DNA from: a virus
Taxonomy: Duplodnaviria; Caudoviricetes
Reading direction: 5' to 3' (one strand)
Length of the DNA stretch: 60,921 nucleotides
IMG/VR virus record: IMGVR_UViG_3300032303_001927
Span: 1-60,921 of that record
Positions 18,101 through 27,508 of this stretch are shown piece after piece. Each line of letters begins with the position of its first letter. Position 1 is the first letter of the stretch. The position numbers and the translations under genes were made by a program. The notes beneath the pieces were generated by a model that was not told the DNA's origin, did not search any database, and saw only the letters and a program-made list of their open reading frames with translations.

Positions 18101-18848
18101 GTATTTAACTAAAAATTCTGGAATACAAGTAAAAGGAACATATGACCCATTAGTAAATCGCGGTCTTTCTATTCCAGTTAATTCAAATAAATCTCCTAAT
18201 TATAAAGTTATGGCAATGCAAGCAGCAATAAGATATGATCAAGATTTTTTTCCATATTCCCCTACACAAATATTTGAAGTTGAAAGCAAGAACGATCTTA
18301 TAAAGTTCTACATGGTTGCAAATCATCCAGATGGAAAAAGAGCAAAAATTTATGCTATAAATGCTAGAACTGGTCAAATTGAAAATGGTGTTGGTTTTTA
18401 TTGGAATGGAAACGTTGTAAAAGAGCCAAGCATAACAATTCGAGAGTGGGGAATGCTTGGAATATCTTTTTCAACAATAATTGATTTTGATAACTATGTT
18501 GGATCAATAAAAATTAATGGACCACTTCTTGTTAATTTAGTTTCTCATTATAAATCTACAAACCTTCAAGAAGTTCAAAATATTACAGAAAGGCCTTGGT
18601 TTAAAGTTAAATATCTTGGCCCATCAGAACAAAAATGGGATTACTGGAATTCTGCATATATCTGGAATGGTGTTTTAGTTTTGTCAACAAAGTCATACTA
18701 TGGTGTAGACCCATCAGATGTTTATAAAAGTTATGTAGGAACTAATAAGATAATTGTTGATGATACAAGGTCTTTTAGGTTAAATTCATACCAGTATGAA
18801 CTCTATACTGACATTATTTGGCAATTACAAACATCAGATCCAGTGTAA
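15114..18848 (+). CDS. Large beta-rich virion protein with LamG/ConA-like segments
   Basis: N-terminal YAEKVFAEHPTVLWALDD and TLEMWIRI...HIRLT....LLINGEQV resemble LamG-type domains; lies next to the head genes. Confidence 0.55.
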   Translation: MSSPSNLYAEKVFAEHPTVLWALDDKADYISLIDEEKRSVFNWKISGGISEEFFSAYDEPFPESSTTRLIGDVPSAEFGEVICISDDLINFNTLNSYMSTFSIGTYINSTSSYIAGIEIGYEYNDTLSGELIRNLKNYNTSIYGKWLFVSETFEFPDKNTTFRIVLKIKYIGGAQSESDYHFLVNGITLGQWSEEFNSSSLGTEKILIPSSIAIDSSYGIEAKSYGLSQLNGYYLVSDNALIAKNSGIPLVYGSTATTILKENGELPSLIIPGNGFLNESGKFKEQTLEMWIRINSDTNIKKRICGPIGSTDGIYVDGPFIILKINEYYGSHYVGEWVRPMLMHIRLTNNSANLLINGEQVISLNFITSELSFPNKKNSIGDDQDWIGFYAHEDVSPIELDCVAIYPYQVPSVIAKRRFVYGQGVEVPENINASYSGTSMFIDYPFADYTNNYSYPDIGRWGQASVDNLVASNSALSLPEYKLPTIFFNNKTTQDWYSACKNIQNESKLFFKLRPNPSWNSTSGYLSFDSLDITNNSVKCFYGVFKVFSAPLNSQILFRIDDQITGNSFVIELQKTLEIEYKIIKSSGEEIIYETVEISLGEEFVSGINIDKFALYYGQDVSSFFGNRSGLKFYVAGDKSLSKTFLGNIYKVGLSTERNFSFISECFNDFGTPTNFENVFNTYGPYIDYDAGEYVAAGSYFWDYILDGGNTSSYLTKKLIEHVASYTLSPNNYFDVFSLDIDIDGYWEDHIPLSYFAQYVTDAKNKSYYDLDFLQFNINYPAPSKYVENKQIGSWTYGELQSEYQNPVQRTYESLDNHLFTGYVDYNDLKNKSLKTYKYDTSGSLVKSYVTFQYVSTGANAKDSYFTNTEAPLKNGIVEPGTYLLGYDDNGNLIYDNFINTKYEVVDGMLLYPPRGIDFNDLAVVIHLNFKVRGIINNPVMIKSLQLASQAYNDVTPNPIGSRFGVSIYPYTKNGIYYDYKKPNPYTIYKGSSPYLYLTKNSGIQVKGTYDPLVNRGLSIPVNSNKSPNYKVMAMQAAIRYDQDFFPYSPTQIFEVESKNDLIKFYMVANHPDGKRAKIYAINARTGQIENGVGFYWNGNVVKEPSITIREWGMLGISFSTIIDFDNYVGSIKINGPLLVNLVSHYKSTNLQEVQNITERPWFKVKYLGPSEQKWDYWNSAYIWNGVLVLSTKSYYGVDPSDVYKSYVGTNKIIVDDTRSFRLNSYQYELYTDIIWQLQTSDPV

Positions 18849-18850
18849 TA

Positions 18851-18859
18851 TGGTATACT
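18851..18859 (+). promoter_or_regulatory. Extended -10 promoter (TGGTATACT), leaderless geometry
   Basis: In-frame ATG at 18867 lies 7 nt downstream. Confidence 0.65.
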
Positions 18860-18866
18860 TGTGGTT

Positions 18867-19271
18867 ATGAACATAGAAAATCCAAATAAAAAACGTAAGG
18901 CCTTGCCCAAGATGAAGGGCCAAGTTGGTGAATCTCGTGCAAAAATTATTGAAAAACACTATGATTGGGGTCTATATGTTTATAAAAAGGCTAATGGTAA
19001 GTGGTTTACAGATGGGACTGGATCTGTTTTAAATATTCCTTCAATGAAAGGTGATATAACCAAAATCTCCGAATTAAAAAAAGCAGCAAAACATTACGGG
19101 GATGAGGGAGATGGAGAATGCATCTTCGTGCCAGGGTTAACTAGAATTTCAGAAGAAGAGTATTCAGAACAAAAACAAAGAATGGCAGAAGGATTAATTC
19201 CTTCTATGAATGATCTTGGCGCAGTTCAAGCAGCAAAAGATACTATTGCAAAATATGGAAGTGATGACTAA
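18867..19271 (+). CDS. Hypothetical protein upstream of the portal
   Basis: Tracked ORF 18861..19271; ATG 18867 preferred from promoter spacing; stop overlaps the portal start. Confidence 0.7.
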   Translation: MNIENPNKKRKALPKMKGQVGESRAKIIEKHYDWGLYVYKKANGKWFTDGTGSVLNIPSMKGDITKISELKKAAKHYGDEGDGECIFVPGLTRISEEEYSEQKQRMAEGLIPSMNDLGAVQAAKDTIAKYGSDD

Positions 19272-20890
19272 TGTCAGAAGAAAATGAATATATTGTTCGT
19301 GCATCTATGGATAACTTTGCACAAGAGTTAGATGTTTTTAAAGAGCAAGACCCATTTAATAAAACCTGGGATGAGTTAAAAACTTTATCTGGATTAGATA
19401 ATAACTTTAAGCGTCGTGCTGGAAGACTATCGAAAGTAGATGCTTCACAGCAGTACATTGATAGTTCTAGAGCAGAAAGCACAGGACTTGATGGAGCAAG
19501 ATCAAAAGAAATTAATCCAGGTCTTGTTTATAGAAATGGTTATGGCTTGTTTGATGTAATTACACCACCATGGAATCTTTACGAACTTGCAAGTTACTAT
19601 GATACTTCGTTTGCAAACCATGCTGCAATTGATGCAAAGGTAGAGAATATTGTTGGGCTTGGTTATGACTTTGAGGTGTCTTCAAGAACAATGCTTAAGT
19701 TAGAGTCTTCTTCAGATTCAGAAGCAGTTGGTCGTGCTAGAAAAAGAATTGAAAGAGCAAAAATAGAATTAACAGATTGGCTAGAAAGTTTAAATAGTGA
19801 AGATTCTTTTACTACCACAATGGAAAAAGTTTACACAGATGTTCAAGCAACTGGAAATGGGTACATTGAGGTTGGACGTACAGTAAAGGGTGAAATTGGA
19901 TATATTGGTCATATTCCATCAGTAACGATTAGAGCAAGAAGATTGCGTGATGGATTTGTTCAGGTTATTGCAAACAAAGTTGTTTATTTCCGTAACTTTG
20001 GAGCAACAAACCCAAACCCACTTGGAACAGATCCAAGACCAAATGAAATTATTCACTTTAAAGCATACTCTCCAATAAATACTTTTTATGGTGTTCCAGA
20101 TATTATTTCTGCAGTTACATCTCTTCAAGGAGACATGCTTGCATCACAGTACAACATTGATTACTTTAGTAATAAAGCAGTTCCACGATATGTGGTAACA
20201 CTTAAAGGTGCAAAACTTTCTGGAGAAGCAGAAGATAAAATGTTTAGATTCTTGCAGACTGGAATGAAGGGGCAAAATCATAGAACTCTTTATATACCAC
20301 TTCCAGGAGATTCAGATACAAATAAAGTTGAGTTTAAAATGGAACCAATTGAAAATGGTGTTCAAGAAGGCTCATTTGAAAAATATCGCAAACAAAATCG
20401 TGATGATATTTTAGTTGCTCACCAAGTGCCACTTTCAAAACTTGGTGGATCAGATTCTTCTGCTACAGCAGCAGCACTTGCTCAAGACAGAACATTTAAA
20501 GAACAAGTTGCAAGACCAGCACAAAGAGAACTTGAAAAACCAATTAATAAAATTATTCGTGAAAAAACAGACATTCTTCAATTTAAGTTTAACGAATTAA
20601 CTCTAACAGATGAGATTGCACAATCACAAATTCTTGAAAGATATGTCAAGAATCAGATTATGCTTCCAAACGAAGCAAGAACTATTTTGCGTATGCCACA
20701 GCGTGATGGCGGAGATCAGCCACTAGACCTTACATCACAACAAGTAGCAGATGCAACTACAACAAGAGCAAGAGATAGTCAAAGAACTAATAACCAATCT
20801 GATGGATCAGCAACGATTGCTGGAAGAAATCCAAAGGGTGAGGGTAGAAAGTTTGATGAAATTGAGAGCATTGCCGAAATGTCCGAATAG
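19271..20890 (+). CDS. Portal protein
   Basis: TGNGYIEVGR, NEIIHFK.YSP...YGVPD, YFSNKAVP, ILVAHQVP and MLPNEAR are PBSX/HK97-type portal motifs; precedes protease and capsid. Confidence 0.92.
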   Translation: MSEENEYIVRASMDNFAQELDVFKEQDPFNKTWDELKTLSGLDNNFKRRAGRLSKVDASQQYIDSSRAESTGLDGARSKEINPGLVYRNGYGLFDVITPPWNLYELASYYDTSFANHAAIDAKVENIVGLGYDFEVSSRTMLKLESSSDSEAVGRARKRIERAKIELTDWLESLNSEDSFTTTMEKVYTDVQATGNGYIEVGRTVKGEIGYIGHIPSVTIRARRLRDGFVQVIANKVVYFRNFGATNPNPLGTDPRPNEIIHFKAYSPINTFYGVPDIISAVTSLQGDMLASQYNIDYFSNKAVPRYVVTLKGAKLSGEAEDKMFRFLQTGMKGQNHRTLYIPLPGDSDTNKVEFKMEPIENGVQEGSFEKYRKQNRDDILVAHQVPLSKLGGSDSSATAAALAQDRTFKEQVARPAQRELEKPINKIIREKTDILQFKFNELTLTDEIAQSQILERYVKNQIMLPNEARTILRMPQRDGGDQPLDLTSQQVADATTTRARDSQRTNNQSDGSATIAGRNPKGEGRKFDEIESIAEMSE

Positions 20891-20922
20891 TGATACTTCT
20901 GTAAAAAGGGGTATATAATATA

Positions 20923-22374
20923 ATGACCATGACCATATCAAAAGCCCATTGGAATACTGAGGGTGAAAGTCTTCGCCTTTCTCTTCCATTTGCAAAAGTC
21001 GATAAAGAAAGACGTATAGTCTCAGGCTTTGCCTCACTTGATAATATCGATAAGCAAGATGATATTGTAACAGCAGAAGCATCAATGGATGCATTTGCTA
21101 GATTCCGTGGGAACATTAGAGAAATGCATCAACCATTAGCAGTAGGCAAAATGGTATCTTTTAAAGCAGATAAGTATTTTGATCCAGAATCTAAAAAATT
21201 CTATAATGGTGTTTTTGTTTCTGCATATGTTTCAAAGGGTGCACAAGATACTTGGGAAAAAGTTCTTGATGGAACACTTGCTGGTTTTTCAATCGGCGGA
21301 AGAATGAATAAGTGGGATGATGGCTATGATGAGAAGTCAGATAAAGCAATTAGAATTATTAAGCAATATGATTTGGTTGAGTTGAGTCTTGTAGATTCCC
21401 CAGCAAATCAATTTGCAAATATTGTATCTGTTGAAAAGGTTGATGGAGTAAGTATTATAAAGGTTGATGAAACAGTTTTAGAAAATGTTTTCTATGATAA
21501 AGAATCAGGCATTGTTATGGTTTCAGAAAATGAACAAGAGTTAAGCCCAACAACAGGTGACCCAATGGCTAATATAGGTTTCGTTGAAAAAGCGGATAAT
21601 GAAAAAACAAACATGATAAAATTCTTAGTTGATAGTGCTAAAGGCATTAATACTTCTAAGATGAACAAGGAGGAAAACCTTATGGCAAAAGTAACAAAAC
21701 CAGTATCAGAAATTATTGAAAAGTCTGATGCAGAAATTGAAACAGTTAAGGTCGCTCCAGTAGCAGAAGATGAAGTCACAAAGGCTTCAACATGTCCAGA
21801 TTGCGGAAAGTCTATGGATGCATGCAAGTGCGATTCAAAGGCAGATGCAGCAACATGTCCAGATTGTGGCAAGGCTATGGATGCATGCAATTGCAACATG
21901 AAGTCTGACACAGAAACAGAGAAGGCTGCAAAGCCAACTGCTGATGAAGAATCTGCTGCTCATGAAGGAACTGAATCAACTGATGTTGAAGCAGAAGAAG
22001 ACAAGAAGAAGCCAATGGCTCCTAAGTCAGATGATGTAGTTGCAGATGCAGTTACAGAAACAAATGACAGTCTTGAAAAAGCCTTTAGCGATTTATTAGA
22101 TGTTGTCAAATCACTTCAATCAGAAGTAGAACTTTTAAAGTCTACCAAGGTTGATGTTGAAACAGCAAAACAATCATTTGAAGCAGTTGCAAAAGATATT
22201 GCAGCAGTATCAAGTGGTTTTAATGAATTTGGTAAGCGAGTAGACGCTGTAGAAGCAGATACCGCTTTCCGAAAGTCTGGCGATCTCGGCGAGATAGTAC
22301 AGAATCAACCTGAAACGGTTGAAAAATCCCTATGGGGCGGTAGTTTCCTCAAAACAGCCGATCTATTAAATTAG
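20923..22374 (+). CDS. Prohead protease (XkdF-like) fused to an acidic/coiled-coil scaffold region
   Basis: RIVSGFAS...DKQDD, REMH, GFSIGG and ELSLVDSPAN; acidic linker and coiled-coil C-terminus. Confidence 0.88.
   Translation: MTMTISKAHWNTEGESLRLSLPFAKVDKERRIVSGFASLDNIDKQDDIVTAEASMDAFARFRGNIREMHQPLAVGKMVSFKADKYFDPESKKFYNGVFVSAYVSKGAQDTWEKVLDGTLAGFSIGGRMNKWDDGYDEKSDKAIRIIKQYDLVELSLVDSPANQFANIVSVEKVDGVSIIKVDETVLENVFYDKESGIVMVSENEQELSPTTGDPMANIGFVEKADNEKTNMIKFLVDSAKGINTSKMNKEENLMAKVTKPVSEIIEKSDAEIETVKVAPVAEDEVTKASTCPDCGKSMDACKCDSKADAATCPDCGKAMDACNCNMKSDTETEKAAKPTADEESAAHEGTESTDVEAEEDKKKPMAPKSDDVVADAVTETNDSLEKAFSDLLDVVKSLQSEVELLKSTKVDVETAKQSFEAVAKDIAAVSSGFNEFGKRVDAVEADTAFRKSGDLGEIVQNQPETVEKSLWGGSFLKTADLLN
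21788..21894 (+). repeat. 63-bp-period duplication encoding two TCPDCGKxMDACxC motifs
   Basis: Near-identical copies at 21788-21831 and 21851-21894. Confidence 0.9.
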
Positions 22375-22397
22375 AAAAAATCACAGGAGGTGACAAT

Positions 22398-23555
22398 ATG
22401 TCGGAACAAAATATAGAAAAAAACCAGCCAGGTGCAGCAGGTGGAGAACACATCGGTGGAAATATTCCAGGACTCTATCAGGGTCAAGGAGCATTTGCAT
22501 CAGGTAATGAAACACACCCATACACACCAGGCAACTACGCAACAGGTGGAGTTCTAGGAAATATCCCAGAAGCAACACTTGGTTCAGTAAGTGGTCCAAA
22601 CGCAGTAAATCCTTCAGGTGAGGCTGGATCAGGTATCCTACGTCCAGAACAAGCACGTCGTTTTATTGACTACGTGTGGGATGCTACCATTCTCGCCCAA
22701 GATGGCCGTCGCGTTACAATGAGAGCCAACACAATGGAACTCGAAAAGGTAAACGTCGGAGAGCGTGTAATCCGTTCTGCTACACAAGCACTCGGAGAGT
22801 ACACAAACGCAGGAGCAACTTTCTCAAAGGTTGAATTGACTACAAAGAAGATTCGTCTTGACTGGGAAGTAACTGCAGAAGCACTAGAAGATAACATCGA
22901 AGGTGCAGCACTTGAAGATCACATCGTTCGTCTTATGACAAACGCATTTGGTAATGACATCGAAGACCTTGCTATTAATGGTACAGGTTCAGGAGATGCA
23001 TTTACATCTATCATGAACGGTTTCGTAAACCGTGTAAAGACAGGCGGAGACGCACACGAGTCAGTTGTAACAGTTACAAATGGCGGATGGACTCCAGAAG
23101 TTATGCAGAACATCATCTTGGCAATGCCACGCAAGTACCGTGCACTTAAGAACAATCTTAAGTTCTACGCAGGTACAGATGTTTTCCAGGGTATCGTAAA
23201 AAATAACGGTACACTTGCTGATGCAATTGCAGAAGCATTTGGAACACATGCAGGTGCTGCAGGTACTGCACAAATGCGCCAATCATACCTTGATGGAAAC
23301 GCACAGACATTGGGACAAGCACGTACAACTCGTGTACTTGGAATCGATGTACAGGAAGTTCCTTACTACCCTGCAGGATATGTCGACTTGACATTCCCAC
23401 AGAACCGTGTATGGGGATTCCAGCGTGACATCACTGTTAACCGTGAATACAAGCCAAAGAAGGACACTGTAGAATACACAGTCTTCGTTCGCTTCGGAAT
23501 TCAATGGGAAGAACAAGATGCAATCGCATGGGCTGACGCTGCAGCAGATGCATAA
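22398..23555 (+). CDS. Major capsid protein (HK97-fold)
   Basis: AGGAGG RBS; high-expression codon bias; GILRPEQARRFID, VELTTKKIRLDWEVTAEALEDNIE and DIEDLAINGTG; follows the protease. Confidence 0.92.
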   Translation: MSEQNIEKNQPGAAGGEHIGGNIPGLYQGQGAFASGNETHPYTPGNYATGGVLGNIPEATLGSVSGPNAVNPSGEAGSGILRPEQARRFIDYVWDATILAQDGRRVTMRANTMELEKVNVGERVIRSATQALGEYTNAGATFSKVELTTKKIRLDWEVTAEALEDNIEGAALEDHIVRLMTNAFGNDIEDLAINGTGSGDAFTSIMNGFVNRVKTGGDAHESVVTVTNGGWTPEVMQNIILAMPRKYRALKNNLKFYAGTDVFQGIVKNNGTLADAIAEAFGTHAGAAGTAQMRQSYLDGNAQTLGQARTTRVLGIDVQEVPYYPAGYVDLTFPQNRVWGFQRDITVNREYKPKKDTVEYTVFVRFGIQWEEQDAIAWADAAADA

Positions 23556-23576
23556 TCTGTAAACAGTACAATTTAG

Positions 23577-23610
23577 GGGGAGTAGGAGTTAACGCTCCTG
23601 CTCCCCTTAT
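23577..23610 (+). terminator. Intrinsic terminator after the capsid gene
   Basis: GGGGAGTAGGAG-TTAACG-CTCCTGCTCCCC stem followed by TTAT. Confidence 0.8.
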
Positions 23611-23619
23611 CACTTATAA

Positions 23620-23628
23620 TGATATAAT
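23620..23628 (+). promoter_or_regulatory. Extended -10 promoter (TGATATAAT)
   Basis: Just after the terminator and before the AGGAGG RBS of 23647. Confidence 0.7.
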
Positions 23629-23646
23629 ACTATTTAGGAGGAAATA

Positions 23647-24099
23647 ATGGAAAATTTAGATAATAATCCTGTAGAAGATGTAGTTGTAGAAGCACCAGAA
23701 GTTGTAGAAGCACCAGTTGTAGATACACCAGTTGTTGAAGAAGCACCAGTCGCACCTGCTCAGGAAGAAGTAAAAGCAGAAGAACCAGTAGTAATCTCAA
23801 GACCATCATATGCTGGATCAGATACAGTCCAGGCTGTTGGAAGTGTAGCAAATGGAGCAATAGGTGCAACAACTGCAAAGCGTGAACCACGCACAGAGTC
23901 AGCATCAAAGGCTGCAAAAGTTGCAAAAGATGATAAGACGGTTGCTATTAGATCAACTAAAAATGTTTCTTGGGCTGGCGTTGGAAAGGTTTCAACAGGA
24001 ATCAATATTGTTTCTCAAAAAGAAGCAGACCAATGGCTTACTCGTGACCACATTACACTAGTTACACCAGAACAAGTTAAATCGGAATTTGGTGCATAA
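23647..24099 (+). CDS. Hypothetical protein with acidic low-complexity N-terminus
   Basis: Strong RBS; VVEAPEVVEAP repeats; small globular C-terminus. Confidence 0.75.
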   Translation: MENLDNNPVEDVVVEAPEVVEAPVVDTPVVEEAPVAPAQEEVKAEEPVVISRPSYAGSDTVQAVGSVANGAIGATTAKREPRTESASKAAKVAKDDKTVAIRSTKNVSWAGVGKVSTGINIVSQKEADQWLTRDHITLVTPEQVKSEFGA

Positions 24100-24102
24100 T
24101 TA

Positions 24103-25014
24103 ATGGAAGTTCTGAGAGTTCCGCCATATCCTTTATCAACAACATGGACTTTACCCATACCTAACTATGAGTATATTGTTTATGTTGAGGATTTGGTGGA
24201 TCACTCAGTAACTGAAACTAATCTTTTTTCAGATGCCAATGGAAAGTTAGTTTATGAAATACCTTTGGCACAGGTTCAATATGACCGTAAGTTTTTAATT
24301 AAATTTTATGATACAGAACATATTCATACTCTTTACGAAGAAAACCTAGATATTGTTAGACCATATGTAGACCCAAATAAACTTGGAACTACTGCTTCAG
24401 AAATAGAAGAATATAAAACTTTAGAGATGGTAGCAAGATCTTTAATCGATACAGTTGTTGTTAATGGTTTTTATAACTCAAAGCATATTGTTCAACGTAA
24501 TGGTGATGGATCAGATTATTTTGCAATTTGGGAAGATATTAACAGAGTACTAAAAGTATATGAAAATAACGTTTTAATATATGACATAGATACACCAGAA
24601 ACAAATGTGTTTGAGTTTAAAACTACTTTTGATAGTTCTGCAGTAGAAAGAGTTATTGATGGACAATATAATAGATTAGAACAAGGTACACAACAATATC
24701 CTAAAGATTTTGGTGATTTAGCAAATATATTTGGAACATCAGCAGTTGGATTTCCAAAGGGATGGGACTACACTTTTGTATTAGATATTGGATATAGAGC
24801 ATTACCACCTGATGTTGAGTATGCTACTAAGTTGCTTATTGAAGATTTAAAGTGTGGAAAATTAGACTATTATACAAGATATGTTACATCTTATAACTCA
24901 GATCAATATAGAATTCAATTTGATAAGTCAATATTTAATGGAACTGGAAATATGATTGTTGACAAGATCCTTGATAAGTATGTTGTCACGATTGCCAAAC
25001 CAGGGTTGATCTAA
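24103..25014 (+). CDS. Putative head-tail adaptor
   Basis: Position after the capsid; C-terminal GYRALPPDVEYATKLLIEDL...TGNMIVDKILDKY is connector-like. Confidence 0.65.
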   Translation: MEVLRVPPYPLSTTWTLPIPNYEYIVYVEDLVDHSVTETNLFSDANGKLVYEIPLAQVQYDRKFLIKFYDTEHIHTLYEENLDIVRPYVDPNKLGTTASEIEEYKTLEMVARSLIDTVVVNGFYNSKHIVQRNGDGSDYFAIWEDINRVLKVYENNVLIYDIDTPETNVFEFKTTFDSSAVERVIDGQYNRLEQGTQQYPKDFGDLANIFGTSAVGFPKGWDYTFVLDIGYRALPPDVEYATKLLIEDLKCGKLDYYTRYVTSYNSDQYRIQFDKSIFNGTGNMIVDKILDKYVVTIAKPGLI

Positions 25015-25460
25015 TGAAGTGCGAGGGAAAAGATTTTATGTTCCCTATGCAAGTGGATGTTTTTTATCCAATTGTAGATCAAGGTGCATATGGAAACATT
25101 AAAAAACAATGGATTTTAAATAAAGTTATTGCTTGTCATTTTACAACTGCTGGATTAAAAACAAAAGAAGAAGTTGTTCCTAATATAAATATTACACAAG
25201 ATACATTAATTATTGGAAGAGTTAAGTCTGACATAAGAATTTCAAATCTTGATGATCAAAATTCTTTAACAAACATAATTTTAACAAACATACAAGACAA
25301 ACAATGCAACAATATTTATATTGAAACATCTGGAATAAGAGCAGGAAAATCAACAATATTTGAAGTTGCCTCTCAAGAACCCTTTGTTGGTCCATTTGGA
25401 AACATTGAGCATTATAAACTGGTTCTGCGTAGATCTGAAAATCAGGCGGTAGACATATGA
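25014..25460 (+). CDS. Putative head closure/stopper protein
   Basis: Synteny and size; DQGAYGNIKKQW and EHYKLVLRR. Confidence 0.55.
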   Translation: MKCEGKDFMFPMQVDVFYPIVDQGAYGNIKKQWILNKVIACHFTTAGLKTKEEVVPNINITQDTLIIGRVKSDIRISNLDDQNSLTNIILTNIQDKQCNNIYIETSGIRAGKSTIFEVASQEPFVGPFGNIEHYKLVLRRSENQAVDI

Positions 25461-26128
25461 GAGTAAAATTTGATGATAAGAAGTTTATGAAAGATATGAA
25501 CAATATAATAGAGTATTCTTATGGATTTTTAGAAGGTATTCAAATTGGCAAAAAAGAACTTTATTCAGGTTTGGGTCCAGAAATTTCAGAACTAGCAGCA
25601 CAATATGTTGATATAAATGCAAAAATAAATCCACAACTGCTACACCATGTTTATGAGTGGTATCAAACTGGAAGTCCAAAATCAAGACTATTTGACATTG
25701 ATTACACAATTAGCAATGTAGGAATTACATTTAATACAAAATTAAAACAGTCAACATCTATTCAACAGGGGTCGAATGAGCCATTTGCTGAAAAAGCAAT
25801 GATAATGGAAAATGGAATTGGTGTAACAATTAAACCTAAAAAAGCAGAATCTTTAAGATTTGAAACAAATGGAGAAATTGTTTATACAAGAAATGAGGTT
25901 TTTGTTGAAAATCCTGGTGGACAAACACAACAACAATTTGAAAAGATTATAGATGAGTTTTTTGGAACATATTTTAAACAATCATTTTTAAAAATTAGTG
26001 GTTTAGATAAACATTTTAAAAATGCTTCTGTATATAAGAAAAATATTAAAGCGGGTAAGCGAGGCGGTAGAAATGTTGGTAAGTCTACTGCAATTAAATG
26101 GGTTGCTAGTGCAGGGAGATTAGCATAA
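25457..26128 (+). CDS. Putative neck protein
   Basis: Synteny; TIKPKKAESLRF...V.NPG motif seen in neck proteins. Confidence 0.5.
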   Translation: MRVKFDDKKFMKDMNNIIEYSYGFLEGIQIGKKELYSGLGPEISELAAQYVDINAKINPQLLHHVYEWYQTGSPKSRLFDIDYTISNVGITFNTKLKQSTSIQQGSNEPFAEKAMIMENGIGVTIKPKKAESLRFETNGEIVYTRNEVFVENPGGQTQQQFEKIIDEFFGTYFKQSFLKISGLDKHFKNASVYKKNIKAGKRGGRNVGKSTAIKWVASAGRLA

Positions 26129-26706
26129 TGACAATATATACAAATGAAGAACAAATAAGTTTGGGGTCTGCTGATCCAGTAGTTAACACACCCATGTTAT
26201 GGATAAACTCATATCTTCAAGAAAAACTTACAGAGTCTGTTAAAATTGGTGTTCCATTTTTTCCACCATCTCCAAATACAATAGATGATCTAACACAAAC
26301 ATGGATTGTAGTGAATGATGAAAGATACCCATATAAAGGCGTAAAATGCACTTTTGATCGAATGATTAGAATGCGTAGGAGTCCATTCCCTCACATTAAG
26401 TCAGAGCAAATGCTATATTATTTTTATGCAACAGAAGAAGGAGTAACACCAAAAATGATTGCTGTTACAGAAACAGTACTTAGACTTATGGATCGTGAAG
26501 ATGAGACTGCAGAAGAGATTAACGATTGGCAAAAAGGTCGAACTATTGCTGGAAACTTACCTGCTTTTAGATTTCATAAGTTCAAGGTTTATCAGTTGCA
26601 AGAAACTAGAGATATTATAGATTTTGGAACAGCAAGAACTTATGGCGGTAATAAAATTATTATTGATTTTGACTATAGCCAAGCCCCAGATCTAAATAAT
26701 AACTAA
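26128..26706 (+). CDS. Putative tail terminator/completion protein
   Basis: Immediately upstream of the major tail gene; function inferred from position. Confidence 0.5.
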   Translation: MTIYTNEEQISLGSADPVVNTPMLWINSYLQEKLTESVKIGVPFFPPSPNTIDDLTQTWIVVNDERYPYKGVKCTFDRMIRMRRSPFPHIKSEQMLYYFYATEEGVTPKMIAVTETVLRLMDREDETAEEINDWQKGRTIAGNLPAFRFHKFKVYQLQETRDIIDFGTARTYGGNKIIIDFDYSQAPDLNNN

Positions 26707-26721
26707 ATATCTTTAAAAGGC

Positions 26722-26730
26722 TGTTATACT
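26722..26730 (+). promoter_or_regulatory. Extended -10 promoter (TGTTATACT)
   Basis: Intergenic, upstream of the major tail gene. Confidence 0.65.
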
Positions 26731-26785
26731 TATTAATGAGGAAACAAGCCCTTTTAATCTAACGAAAAAAAAGAGGTGAAATACT

Positions 26786-27436
26786 ATGGCATATTCAAGA
26801 GGTACGAGCAACAACATTATCGTTGGCGCAGCAGCACTTTTTACATATGAAAACGGCAACTTAACTGATGCTGATCTTCCAGCATACGCAGCAGGAACTT
26901 CATTCAGAGAAACTCTTTCTCTAACAGCAAATTCTGATGATTTCCGCAATGTTGGATATACAATGAACGGACTTGAACTACAGTTCCAACCTGACTTCGG
27001 TGAAGTTTCAGTGGACCAGGTTCTTGACGTTGCAAAGTTGTACAAGCAAGGTATGCAGGTTAACCTAAATACTACATTTGCTGAAGCAACACTTGAGAAC
27101 CTTCTATTTGCTCTTGCTTCAAACCCAGACAATAAGTCTGAGTTGACAGGAACAGGTATCGGAGCAGGTTCACAAGAACTTAACCTTTCTGCAGGAGAAC
27201 TTGGCGAATGCCCAGTTGAGCGTGGTTTGGTAGCAGTTGGTCCAGGTACAGGTGACTGTGCAGCAGGATCTTCAATTGAACGTATCTATGTTGCATACCG
27301 TGCACTCTCAATCGAGAATGTAACTGTGTCTGCAAAGCGCGATGAAGCAACAATGTTTGAAGTTTCATTCCGTCTTCTTCCAAATGATGATGCATCATAC
27401 GGTAAGATCGTAGACCGCACAATTCCAAATGCATAA
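26786..27436 (+). CDS. Major tail tube protein
   Basis: GAGGTG RBS; high-expression codons; NIIVGAAALF, VGYTMNGLEL, EATLENL and KRDEATMFEVSFRLL; followed by a terminator, chaperones and the tape measure. Confidence 0.88.
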   Translation: MAYSRGTSNNIIVGAAALFTYENGNLTDADLPAYAAGTSFRETLSLTANSDDFRNVGYTMNGLELQFQPDFGEVSVDQVLDVAKLYKQGMQVNLNTTFAEATLENLLFALASNPDNKSELTGTGIGAGSQELNLSAGELGECPVERGLVAVGPGTGDCAAGSSIERIYVAYRALSIENVTVSAKRDEATMFEVSFRLLPNDDASYGKIVDRTIPNA

Positions 27437-27453
27437 TACAATTAAATAACATT

Positions 27454-27494
27454 ATTGCCCTTCTCATTAATTTGAGCGGGGCAATTTTGTTTTT
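27454..27494 (+). terminator. Intrinsic terminator after the major tail gene
   Basis: ATTGCCC..CTCA-TTAATT-TGAG..GGGCAAT followed by a T-rich tract. Confidence 0.8.
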
Positions 27495-27502
27495 GGTATA
27501 CT
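27494..27502 (+). promoter_or_regulatory. Extended -10 promoter (TGGTATACT), leaderless geometry
   Basis: ATG 27509 lies 6 nt downstream and there is no RBS. Confidence 0.7.
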
Positions 27503-27508
27503 ATATAA

